Of a stretch of DNA of 64,000 nt, positions 55,610 to 64,000 are shown one piece after another (position 1 is the stretch's first letter; each line of letters opens with the position of its first letter). The notes beneath the pieces are model-generated. The model did not search any database. It had not been told where the DNA came from and was given only the letters and a program-made list of their open reading frames with translations. This DNA comes from an uncultured Candidatus Saccharibacteria bacterium (lineage in GTDB: Bacteria; Patescibacteriota; Minisyncoccia; Phycocordibacterales; DATDWN01): positions 25,777 to 89,776 of the forward strand of contig CAZDPS010000001.1 in NCBI GenBank assembly GCA_964507615.1, in the 5' to 3' direction. The translations under genes and the position numbers were made by a program.

Positions 55610-56644
55610 CTAGAATGGGTTGCGGGCACCACGTATTTCGAAATGTAGATGCACTCCCGTCGGACCATTCACTCTTCCTGTATTACCCATTTTACCTATA
55701 ACCTGACCCTGTTCAACATAGTCTCCAGTATTTACTGTAACGGCACTTAAGTGTCCATACAAAGTTTGTGTACCATTACTATGTTTTATAACCACATACA
55801 AACCGTATCCACCATTCCACCCTGAACCTCTTGCAATCAAGACTTCTCCAGCCGCTGACGCCAATATATCTGCTCCGTATGAAGAAGCTAGGTCAACTGC
55901 ATATTTATCATGCAATCCTTGTGTTTTTATTCCACCAACAATAGGCCTCATATAATATCCTTCATAAGTTGGGTATGAAACAGTTTTCCTTGTGACACCA
56001 CTACTTATTGAAACTTTTGGAGCAGTGGCTGCTTCTCCACCAGGAACCATAATAACATCACCAACTGCCAATTTAGAGTTTTTGCTTAGATTGTTGTATT
56101 GCAAAACCTCGTCCAAATTACCTTTATATTTATTTGTAATACTTTGCAAAGTATCCCCTGATTTTACTGTGTGTTGTATTCCAGAAATAGGCAATATGAC
56201 CAATTTTTGACCCTCAGTTATTATGCTTCCTTTTATATCGTTACCCCACCTAATAGTGTTAACAGAAACACCAAACATCTTAGCTATTGCAGGTAGAGTA
56301 TCTCCTTTTCTCACCACATACAAACTTATTTGATCCTCATCTGCTGTTTTTGTTTCAGTTATTTTCTGGGTGTTGTCCGACAAAAGAAAAGCCCCGTCTA
56401 CTATAACCATTTCTTCTTCTGTGCTGGTTGAGCTCTGATTTGGAGATCTTACCGCTTGCAATAAAGCCATATTTTGTGAGTTAATCTCCACCTCTTCTAC
56501 TTGTGCCTCTGCCGAAGAAAAGAAACCTGATAAAAAGGAAATAACCCCAGCTTGAGCTGAGACAGGTGTGAGAAACGACGTCAGGAGAATTGTATTTAAA
56601 AATAAAGACGTCCATATGTTCACCACAGACTTGCCTGATCCCAC
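55610..56644 (-). CDS. LysM-domain M23 family peptidase
   Basis: Signal peptide; two LysM repeats (YVVRKGDTLPAIA..., HTVKSGDTLQSIT...); M23 motif GHLSAV...GNTG...HLHFEIR. Confidence 0.85.
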   Translation of the reverse strand: MGSGKSVVNIWTSLFLNTILLTSFLTPVSAQAGVISFLSGFFSSAEAQVEEVEINSQNMALLQAVRSPNQSSTSTEEEMVIVDGAFLLSDNTQKITETKTADEDQISLYVVRKGDTLPAIAKMFGVSVNTIRWGNDIKGSIITEGQKLVILPISGIQHTVKSGDTLQSITNKYKGNLDEVLQYNNLSKNSKLAVGDVIMVPGGEAATAPKVSISSGVTRKTVSYPTYEGYYMRPIVGGIKTQGLHDKYAVDLASSYGADILASAAGEVLIARGSGWNGGYGLYVVIKHSNGTQTLYGHLSAVTVNTGDYVEQGQVIGKMGNTGRVNGPTGVHLHFEIRGARNPF

Positions 56645-56873
56645 GTGACGACTTTTTGAAGAGTTTGTCTGCCTCGTGCTTTTAAGACCTGGCCCGAATC
56701 GCGGATCTTGTTGTGAGCTTATAATAAGCTAAAATTAAAGTATATTCTGACTTTCAGACATAAAAAATGGCTCTACTAAACCATATTTTAAATATCGAAT
56801 TCGGTACAATTAAAGTATATACCGACCACCCCATAGGTCAATATGGGTTATAAACAGCCCACAAAAAGCCAGT

Positions 56874-57665
56874 TTAGTACACAACAACCGCTTTATTCTC
56901 TAGAGCCCCCCAGTTTTCCAAAAACTTATCCCGACTCATACGAATTCTTCCGTAAATAGGGTCCATCATTACTATATGTGATGGGTTTGATATGGTTCCT
57001 GAGTAACCAATAACCACCCTAGCATGCTCTCCTGGGAAAGCAGTGATTTTCTTACCTTTTTTTGTGTTCCATTCCATTATTTCTTTGTTTGAAAGTAAAC
57101 CCCAAACAATAACAGGGTTACCTTTATTGGCCTCTTGCAAAACTCTGGTAAGTTTTGCATTTTCTATAATAAAAGCATCTCTGTAACTGAGAGCTAAATC
57201 TCTAATTGGTTCCTCATAGACTCCATAACCGGTACCTAAGAATATTGAGCCATCAACACTGCCGACAAAACCCCTGTCTGGGTCACCCCATATATTGTCT
57301 ACTGTCTTTGGACCTTTTGCATCAAAGGGAATTCTTGCTATAAGCTCATCCTCTGTCACATCTGAATCAAAATAATTCAAAGCCATGCGCAAAGCCGCAA
57401 GTTCACAAGTCACAGAATGTTCTTGTTTTATAAATTCCAAAGGAACTGTTATTTTCTCATTAGAATAAATAACAGAAGCCATCATGTCTTGAGTGGAGTA
57501 GGAGATTTGTTTAACGGCGTGAGTCAACATCAATCTTTCTCTGCGAAAAACATTGGTCTGTGTAAACACAAACCCAAAACCAACTACAAACATAATAGCT
57601 ATCCCAACTATTACTTTTGAAGCCACTTTCATCTTTTTATTATAACTTAGTTTTTTTATAGACAA
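56874..57665 (-). CDS. Peptidase C39-like domain protein with N-terminal TM
   Basis: HSVTCELAALRMALNYF (Cys) ... GEHARVVIGY (His) pattern resembles C39-like/BtrH-type domains. Confidence 0.6.
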   Translation of the reverse strand: MSIKKLSYNKKMKVASKVIVGIAIMFVVGFGFVFTQTNVFRRERLMLTHAVKQISYSTQDMMASVIYSNEKITVPLEFIKQEHSVTCELAALRMALNYFDSDVTEDELIARIPFDAKGPKTVDNIWGDPDRGFVGSVDGSIFLGTGYGVYEEPIRDLALSYRDAFIIENAKLTRVLQEANKGNPVIVWGLLSNKEIMEWNTKKGKKITAFPGEHARVVIGYSGTISNPSHIVMMDPIYGRIRMSRDKFLENWGALENKAVVVY

Positions 57666-57701
57666 AACACGACCCCGAGCTCCTCATGCTATAATCACTC
57701 C

Positions 57702-59666
57702 ATGCAACACCTGGAAACCCTTAACGACGAACAAAAAAAGGCGGTCCTAGCCACAGAAGGACCGGTTATTATAGTTGCTGGTGCTGGTGCTGGTAAAACA
57801 AAAACAATAACCCACAGAATTCTACACTTAATAACAAAAGGAGTACCACCTGAAAAAATATTAGCTATTACATTCACCAATAAAGCCGCCAGAGAAATGA
57901 GAGAAAGAACTATTCATTTACTCGAAGAATACAACAAAGGTTCCGGAACAAAACACAGAGGAATACCGTTTATCAGCACTTTTCACTCCTTGGGGGTTCA
58001 GATAATAAAAGAAAATGCAGAACTTTTAAAACTACCTCGTCATTTTAATATTTTTGATAAATCGGATTCAAAAAAAGTTATGAAAGATGCTATAACATCT
58101 TTCGGTTTGGACCCAAAAGAACATTTGGACAAAATTCAACACATCATATCCACAGAAAAGAGTAAGGGTGTAGATATAAAAGAATACTCGGAAAGGGAAA
58201 GTTTTGACTATACAAGTGACATTACAAAAAAAGTTTGGATAAAATATGAAGAAGTTTTGAAACGTGAGAGCGCATTGGACTTTGACGACCTCCTGTTGAA
58301 AACTTTAAAAATCTTAGAAAAAAATCAGGATGTGCTAGAAAAATACCAAAATCGTTTTCTGTATATACACATTGACGAGTACCAAGATACCAACAAAGTC
58401 CAGAACAAAATCACCCTGCTTCTTGCAGAGAAAAACAGAAATATTTGTGTTGTGGGAGACACAGATCAAAATATTTACAGCTGGCGAGGAGCTGAAATAA
58501 AAAACATGCTCCGTTTTGAAAAAACTTACCCTGAAGTACAAACTTTTTTCTTGGAACAAAATTACAGATCAACAAAAAATATTTTGGCGGTAGCGAATGA
58601 AATAATTGAGAAAAATAATTTTCGAATACCAAAAAAACTTTTTACAAACAACATAGAAGGAGAAAAGGTAGGACTATTCAAGGCTCGTAGTGAGGTAGAT
58701 GAGGCTCATTTTATTGCACTTAAGTCGAAGGGGTTAATTTCAAGTGGAGTAAAAGATGAGAACATAGCTGTGTTATACAGAGCTAATTTTCAATCCAGAA
58801 TCCTAGAAGAAGCTTTCCTGTCTTATGGTGTCCCGTATCAGATGCTCGGGACTAAATTTTTTGAAAGAAAGGAAATTAAGGATTGTTTGGCTTATATTAA
58901 AGCTTCTTTAAACCCAGATGATCTGAGTGACTTCATAAGGGTTATTAATGTTCCACCGAGGGGAATAGGTAAAACAACAGTACAAAAAATATTACAAGGG
59001 CAAGAAAGTGATTTACCGGAAAGCATAAAAATTAAAATAAATAGTTTCAGAAATATGCTTTCTGATTTTGAAAATATATTAATCACACAAAGACCAAGTG
59101 AGGCAATAAAACACATCATAAAAACTTCGGGAATAGAAGATTCCCTAAACACGGGCAAGGAAGAGGATTTAGAGAGACTAGAAAACGTAATGGAACTTGT
59201 TTCATTGGCCACCGAATACGATGATGTCACAGAGAATAACACTGAAAAAAATGACGGGGAAAGCCGGATAGAAAAATTTTTGACAAACACATCTCTTACT
59301 TCAGACCAAGACTCTCTAGATGACACCAAAAGAGGGGTAAAACTCATGACTGTTCATTCTTCTAAGGGCCTTGAGTTTGATTATGTCTTTATTTCAGGAC
59401 TTGAAGATGATTTGTTTCCACACAAAAAAAAGTTTGATACAAAAAAATCAGGGGAGGATAGTGAGGAAGAGAGAAGGCTTTTTTATGTTGCTGTTACACG
59501 CGCTGGTAAAAAACTGTTTTTGACACACGCTGAAACTCGTAATATATTTGGGAAAACAGAGATAAATTCACCGTCTGAGTTTATTGACGACATCCCAGAA
59601 AAATACACCGAAAAAGAATCTTTTGGTGAAACATACAAAGAACCATTGTTTAGTATCGACTTTTAA
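57702..59666 (+). CDS. pcrA: UvrD/PcrA/Rep-family DNA helicase
   Basis: AGAGAGKTKT Walker A, HIDEYQDTN, VGDTDQNIYSWRGA, TVHSSKGLEFD. Confidence 0.9.
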   Translation: MQHLETLNDEQKKAVLATEGPVIIVAGAGAGKTKTITHRILHLITKGVPPEKILAITFTNKAAREMRERTIHLLEEYNKGSGTKHRGIPFISTFHSLGVQIIKENAELLKLPRHFNIFDKSDSKKVMKDAITSFGLDPKEHLDKIQHIISTEKSKGVDIKEYSERESFDYTSDITKKVWIKYEEVLKRESALDFDDLLLKTLKILEKNQDVLEKYQNRFLYIHIDEYQDTNKVQNKITLLLAEKNRNICVVGDTDQNIYSWRGAEIKNMLRFEKTYPEVQTFFLEQNYRSTKNILAVANEIIEKNNFRIPKKLFTNNIEGEKVGLFKARSEVDEAHFIALKSKGLISSGVKDENIAVLYRANFQSRILEEAFLSYGVPYQMLGTKFFERKEIKDCLAYIKASLNPDDLSDFIRVINVPPRGIGKTTVQKILQGQESDLPESIKIKINSFRNMLSDFENILITQRPSEAIKHIIKTSGIEDSLNTGKEEDLERLENVMELVSLATEYDDVTENNTEKNDGESRIEKFLTNTSLTSDQDSLDDTKRGVKLMTVHSSKGLEFDYVFISGLEDDLFPHKKKFDTKKSGEDSEEERRLFYVAVTRAGKKLFLTHAETRNIFGKTEINSPSEFIDDIPEKYTEKESFGETYKEPLFSIDF

Positions 59667-59673
59667 AACTACT

Positions 59674-60456
59674 GTGAAAACAAAAAAATCTCTCGGCCAA
59701 CATTTTTTAAATTCTCCAAAAATAATTGCTGATATAGTTTCTGCTGGAAAAGTTACTGAAACAGATTTAGTAGTAGAAATAGGACCTGGTGAAGGAATAC
59801 TAACAGAGACACTTCTTGAAACTGGAGCCCGGGTTATTATTATAGAAAAAGATGATCGCCTAATTCCATTTTTAGAAGAAAAATTTTCAAAAGAGATATC
59901 TTCTGGCCAATTAAAAATAGTACATCAAGATGTTTTGAATTATGATTTAGAAGAAATTACAAAAAGTTCATACAAAATAATAGCCAATATTCCATATTAT
60001 ATAACTGGACAAATAATCAGAATGTTCTTAGAAACAAACAGGCAACCAGAATCCATGACCCTGCTTGTTCAAAAAGAAGTAGCAGAAAGAATTGTGGCTA
60101 GAGATGGAAAAGAGAGTTTATTATCTCTTTCTGTAAAAATATATGGCGAACCTAGGATGGTGCGCACAGTAGGCAGGGGAGCATTCAACCCCCAACCAAA
60201 AGTTGATTCTGCAGTGCTTAATATTGAAAAAATTTCCAAGAAAAAACTGGGTAAGGTAGACGAGAAACTATTTTTCAGCGTCTTACATGCTGGATTTGCC
60301 CACAAACGCAAACAATTGTTACCAAACCTATCTGTTCTCTATAAAAAAGAAAGTCTTTTAAAAATCTTTGAATCTTGTGACATAGATCTAAAATCCCGTG
60401 CCGAGGATATAAATCTTGAGACTTGGGTGAAACTTTGTAATACAATTAATAAATGA
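59674..60456 (+). CDS. rsmA: 16S rRNA dimethyladenosine transferase RsmA/KsgA
   Basis: GTG start chosen 5 nt after the helicase stop; KKSLGQHFL, EIGPGEG, ANIPYYIT. Confidence 0.85.
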   Translation: MKTKKSLGQHFLNSPKIIADIVSAGKVTETDLVVEIGPGEGILTETLLETGARVIIIEKDDRLIPFLEEKFSKEISSGQLKIVHQDVLNYDLEEITKSSYKIIANIPYYITGQIIRMFLETNRQPESMTLLVQKEVAERIVARDGKESLLSLSVKIYGEPRMVRTVGRGAFNPQPKVDSAVLNIEKISKKKLGKVDEKLFFSVLHAGFAHKRKQLLPNLSVLYKKESLLKIFESCDIDLKSRAEDINLETWVKLCNTINK

Positions 60457-62099
60457 TCGATAGGCTATTGCAACACATAAAAGACCAACAAATAACCCCT
60501 ACTAAGTGGACAGCGGGATTTGTTGGTATTTTTTTTATAAGATTCATCCTTGAGTCTTTTTCTAGTCCAACAAATACGGGCATAATCGCCTCTGATCCTT
60601 ACACTCTTGTTCATTATGGACTGTTTTTTTTGACAGTTATATTTGGAATAATGTGCATTCTAGGATATTTCAGTAAAGACTATTCTAATGCGTCAAAACT
60701 TGTACTTTTCAGTTTACCTATAATTTGGCTTGGGCCAATACTTGATATGATCATCAGTTTTGGAAAAGGTTATAAAATGACATATCTTTTTGAAAGCCAT
60801 TCCGTCCTCCTGTTAGACTTTTTTAAATTTTTCAGCCCAGAATTTATGCCTGGAGCCACATATGGAATACGCATAGAAATAATAATAATCCTTGTGGGAT
60901 TAGGTTTTTATGTTTGGAAAAAAAGTAAAGACATTATTAAAAGCCTCCTAACTATATTCACCACTTATGTTTTTATATTTATCTTGGCCACCATACCAGG
61001 AATTATATATACCATCTCTAATGTAAACAGTGTACCAGGTACACAAATAGAGATAGTGGAGTACCTAGAGAAAACAATGATCCAGTCCAATATCTTCCAC
61101 AACACCCTGCACGACGGAACATTGTCCACATCAAGAAGTAGATTTATAGAATTGGGTTTTAACAAACTCATGTCTCAAATTCTTTTTATTATTAACATAG
61201 TTCTTTTAGTACTTTGGTTTTTTAAGTCACATCCCCAGAAATTTAAAACAGTTTTGAGAAATTTACGACCAGAAAGAACTCTTTTTTATATTTTGTTGTT
61301 AATCCTTGGAATGAGTTACGCCTACCTTGGTGGAGAACGACTAAATTCTTGGGTTGATATATTTGGAATTACCTGTTTGATTATTTCCTGGATAAGTGTC
61401 TGGATGTATGCGGTATATATGAATGACATAGCTGATGTTGAGATTGATAAAATATCTAACCCAAACAGACCTTTGGTGCAAAAAAAGTTAAGTTCTGATG
61501 AAATGCACCAGATTGGTTTTGTTTGGTTTGTTATGACCCTTGTTGGATCATGGTCTGCGGGGTTTTATCCGTTCGTTATGGCTCTAATTTTCATATCAGC
61601 TTCTCACATATATTCTGTTCCCCCCTTACGACTGAGAAGAGTCCCTTTACTTGCTTCTTTCCTTATTAGCATCGCCTGCCTGGCAACCATAATGTCTGGA
61701 TTTTTCTTTGTTTCAAGCAATAAATCAATGTTAAGTTTTCCCACAGCAACAGCTATTGGTATAGTTGTTATTTTTACACTTGCTGTAAACATCAGAGATT
61801 TAAAAGATGTTGAGGGTGATAAAAAAGAGGGTATTAAAACTTTACCTGTAATATTTGGTCAAACAAACGGTCCGCGTGTGGTTGGGGCCCTCTTTGCTCT
61901 GAGTTTAATTTTAATCCCTTTGTTTTTGTCTTTTTATCTCTTATATATTATTTCCATACCTACATCAATAATTGGATACAAAATAATAAACCGGAAACCG
62001 TACAAGGAAAAAAGATTTTTTGCCCTAATTTTAGTTTTTATAACACTGGTTATTTTATTGTTTGCGCTTAGCCCCATGATCGTTTCTGACATATTTTAA
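60453..62099 (+). CDS. Polytopic membrane protein with C-terminal UbiA-type prenyltransferase domain
   Basis: NDIADVEIDK and RDLKDVEGDKKEG Asp-rich motifs in the C half; extra N-terminal membrane region of about 300 aa; ATGA overlap with rsmA. Confidence 0.7.
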   Translation: MIDRLLQHIKDQQITPTKWTAGFVGIFFIRFILESFSSPTNTGIIASDPYTLVHYGLFFLTVIFGIMCILGYFSKDYSNASKLVLFSLPIIWLGPILDMIISFGKGYKMTYLFESHSVLLLDFFKFFSPEFMPGATYGIRIEIIIILVGLGFYVWKKSKDIIKSLLTIFTTYVFIFILATIPGIIYTISNVNSVPGTQIEIVEYLEKTMIQSNIFHNTLHDGTLSTSRSRFIELGFNKLMSQILFIINIVLLVLWFFKSHPQKFKTVLRNLRPERTLFYILLLILGMSYAYLGGERLNSWVDIFGITCLIISWISVWMYAVYMNDIADVEIDKISNPNRPLVQKKLSSDEMHQIGFVWFVMTLVGSWSAGFYPFVMALIFISASHIYSVPPLRLRRVPLLASFLISIACLATIMSGFFFVSSNKSMLSFPTATAIGIVVIFTLAVNIRDLKDVEGDKKEGIKTLPVIFGQTNGPRVVGALFALSLILIPLFLSFYLLYIISIPTSIIGYKIINRKPYKEKRFFALILVFITLVILLFALSPMIVSDIF

Positions 62100-62122
62100 A
62101 GACACGTGATATAATTCTAAAC

Positions 62123-62935
62123 ATGCCAAGTAGGAAAACTTTATTTGTATTAATAATTAGTTTTGGAATCGTCACATCAGTATACCTGTTCTCAAAAACC
62201 CCTGGTAAATCCTTTCTCCCAACACAAAACAAAATCTCCGCCAACCCTTATGTTAAAATCGATGAAGATAAAAATGGCAACTGGGAAAAAATACTAACCA
62301 CAGTAGATTCTAGCAACAACATCGCAACAGTGCTAAACAATAACAGCGCTGAGTCTTTTGAGGAAACAACCCTAACCGCACAAATGTCTCGTGATTTCCT
62401 ATCTCAATACCTATTGGCCATAAAAGATGGTCCTATTACCTCAGACCAATCTACCCAGATAGCCGCGAATACTTTATCCATTCCTCAATACACAACCATA
62501 ACAGGGCCCCGATATGTTGCTCTAAATTTAAATCTTAGCTCAAAATCTGGTCCAAATGTTGATCTAATATACAAAAACACCCTAAATTCCATATTAAGAG
62601 AAAGGTCTTTACAAGTAAAAGAAGATCCTATGGTTATTTTTAAAGATGCTATTGCCACAGAAAACGAGAGCAAACTAGCCAAACTTGATCCAATAATCCT
62701 CACAAACAAAGGTCTTTTGACTGATTTGCTTAACATAGAGGTTCCAGAAAAAGCTGTTAAGGCCCATCTGGAACTTGTTAATGCAACCAGTAATGTGTTA
62801 TCTGATCTCGAGGCGTTGAGAGTGGCTTTCTCTGATCCTATTAGAAGCTTAACAACAATAAGTGCCTACGAAAGTCACATTTTTGATTTTAAAAAGGCCA
62901 TACAAAATATAAAAACTTATTTTGTCCAGAACTAA
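62123..62935 (+). CDS. Hypothetical membrane-anchored protein (270 aa)
   Basis: N-terminal TM LFVLIISFGIVTSVYLF; no family recognised. Confidence 0.55.
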   Translation: MPSRKTLFVLIISFGIVTSVYLFSKTPGKSFLPTQNKISANPYVKIDEDKNGNWEKILTTVDSSNNIATVLNNNSAESFEETTLTAQMSRDFLSQYLLAIKDGPITSDQSTQIAANTLSIPQYTTITGPRYVALNLNLSSKSGPNVDLIYKNTLNSILRERSLQVKEDPMVIFKDAIATENESKLAKLDPIILTNKGLLTDLLNIEVPEKAVKAHLELVNATSNVLSDLEALRVAFSDPIRSLTTISAYESHIFDFKKAIQNIKTYFVQN

Positions 62936-63036
62936 TTTTTGCACAGTCAACACTTTTCAACAGAAACTCTAGTATTTAATAGGTTAGTTAATGTATAATA
63001 AACATAAACAGGTAAAGCTTTTTACTAACCTAAACC

Positions 63037-64000
63037 ATGTTGTATAAAAAACTTTTTATAGCAATAACCATATTCTCTTTGTTTTTGTTTTCTTCTCCCC
63101 AAACAAGCCATGCCCAATGGGTTGATGTTGCCAACACACCAAAGGAATACGGCTTGGACTGGGCCGCCACCGTACTTGGAAAAATAGCTTTGAAGAAATT
63201 GACCGCCCAAACTGTCAACTGGATAAACTCTGGTTTCAAAGGAAACCCGGCTTTCGTTTCTGACCCCAGACAGTTTTTTCTTGATGCGGCAGATGGGGTA
63301 GCATCATCATATCTATCAAGCACAGCCCTAAATCAATTGTGTACCCCATTTAAAGCAAAGGTCAGGCTGGCTCTAGTAAAAAATTATATTCAGGATAGTG
63401 ATAATTATTCCTGTACCTTGGATACATTGAAAGATAATTACAACGAGTTCATGAATGATTTCAGCGCTGGTGGTTGGGATGGATGGTTTGAGATGACACA
63501 AACAACCGGAGGAAACCCTTATAGTGCTTATTTTGCTGTAGAAAGCCAACTACTCAAAAAAACCACAAAAGATAAGACGCAAAAAGAAAAAGAATTAGAT
63601 CAGGGCCAAGGATTCTTGTCGTATAAAAAATGTAAGGAAGGTACAGCACTCACCGCAGAAATGGTTTCTATTCAATATGCGCTTGGAAACACAAATGCAA
63701 AAATTGGTGATTGTGACGAAAAAAACAAAGAAACAGTTACTCCAGGAAGTGTAATAAATGATTCTTTGGGTAATGCACTCGGTTCTGGATGGAAACAACT
63801 TGAAGCTGCTGATGAAATAAACGAGGTTGTATCAGCACTGATTACTCAACTGATGACAACTCTCCTAGATAAAGGTCTTAGTAGTTTGAGTAAATCGTCT
63901 GGGGGTCAAGCTGCATACACAACACAGATCATTGATGAGCCAGCACCGGAAGCTCAATACACAGATGGTCCAATGGAATTAAGCCCTACCACAATGGAGT
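63037..64000 (+). CDS. Secreted hypothetical protein, 5' part (runs off right edge)
   Basis: ATG at 63037: MLYKKLFIAITIFSLFLFSSPQTSHAQWVDV... signal peptide, open to the window end. Confidence 0.6.
   Translation, partial: MLYKKLFIAITIFSLFLFSSPQTSHAQWVDVANTPKEYGLDWAATVLGKIALKKLTAQTVNWINSGFKGNPAFVSDPRQFFLDAADGVASSYLSSTALNQLCTPFKAKVRLALVKNYIQDSDNYSCTLDTLKDNYNEFMNDFSAGGWDGWFEMTQTTGGNPYSAYFAVESQLLKKTTKDKTQKEKELDQGQGFLSYKKCKEGTALTAEMVSIQYALGNTNAKIGDCDEKNKETVTPGSVINDSLGNALGSGWKQLEAADEINEVVSALITQLMTTLLDKGLSSLSKSSGGQAAYTTQIIDEPAPEAQYTDGPMELSPTTME

Noticed and set aside
1-64000. CRISPR arrays, rRNA genes, prophage, transposase or reverse-transcriptase (DGR/retron) genes
   Set aside because: No regularly spaced direct repeats and no rRNA-like sequence were seen. 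No ORF has integrase (other than Xer), transposase, RT or phage structural signatures.

Overview
AT-rich, gene-dense bacterial chromosome segment. The reduced, housekeeping-heavy gene set resembles a small-genome CPR/Patescibacteria-like organism, but that is inference only. Recognisable core genes: an interrupted str operon (rpsL-rpsG-fusA-tuf), rpmB, a split comEC, SOD, RNase HI, recJ, HIT, tpiA, a type IV pilus cluster (pilB, pilC, three pseudopilin/PilX-like genes), nusA, H+-pyrophosphatase, tig, rsmE, clpP, rny, hup, four tRNAs, cca, xth, xerC/D, rpsO, dksA-like, pnp, comM/yifB, LysM-M23 peptidase, pcrA/uvrD, rsmA and a UbiA-type prenyltransferase. Four unusual layers sit on top of this. 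(1) Seven short, visibly GC-rich micro-islands (about 9.1-9.7, 14.3-15.06, 18.06-19.0, 24.66-25.25, 27.95-28.43, 36.17-36.6 and 49.9-50.07 kb). Most are self-contained units with a sigma70-like promoter, and seven such promoters across six of the islands have exactly 17-nt spacers. Each carries a strong SD plus a small ORF and/or a structured ncRNA, followed by a hairpin terminator. Two pairs of islands share promoter or terminator modules. (2) Several families of long imperfect palindromic intergenic repeats, one showing compensatory stem changes. (3) A 183-bp MITE-like element with 19-bp terminal inverted repeats that splits a DUF1653 gene. (4) Fragments derived from the 3' end of tRNA-Gly, in both orientations, bracketing an array of four tandem small HTH paralogs plus an HTH/AlbA_2 protein. 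No CRISPR array, rRNA gene or recognisable transposase, integrase (other than Xer) or reverse transcriptase was seen. All calls come from reading the sequence and ORF track. No database search or numerical computation was run.
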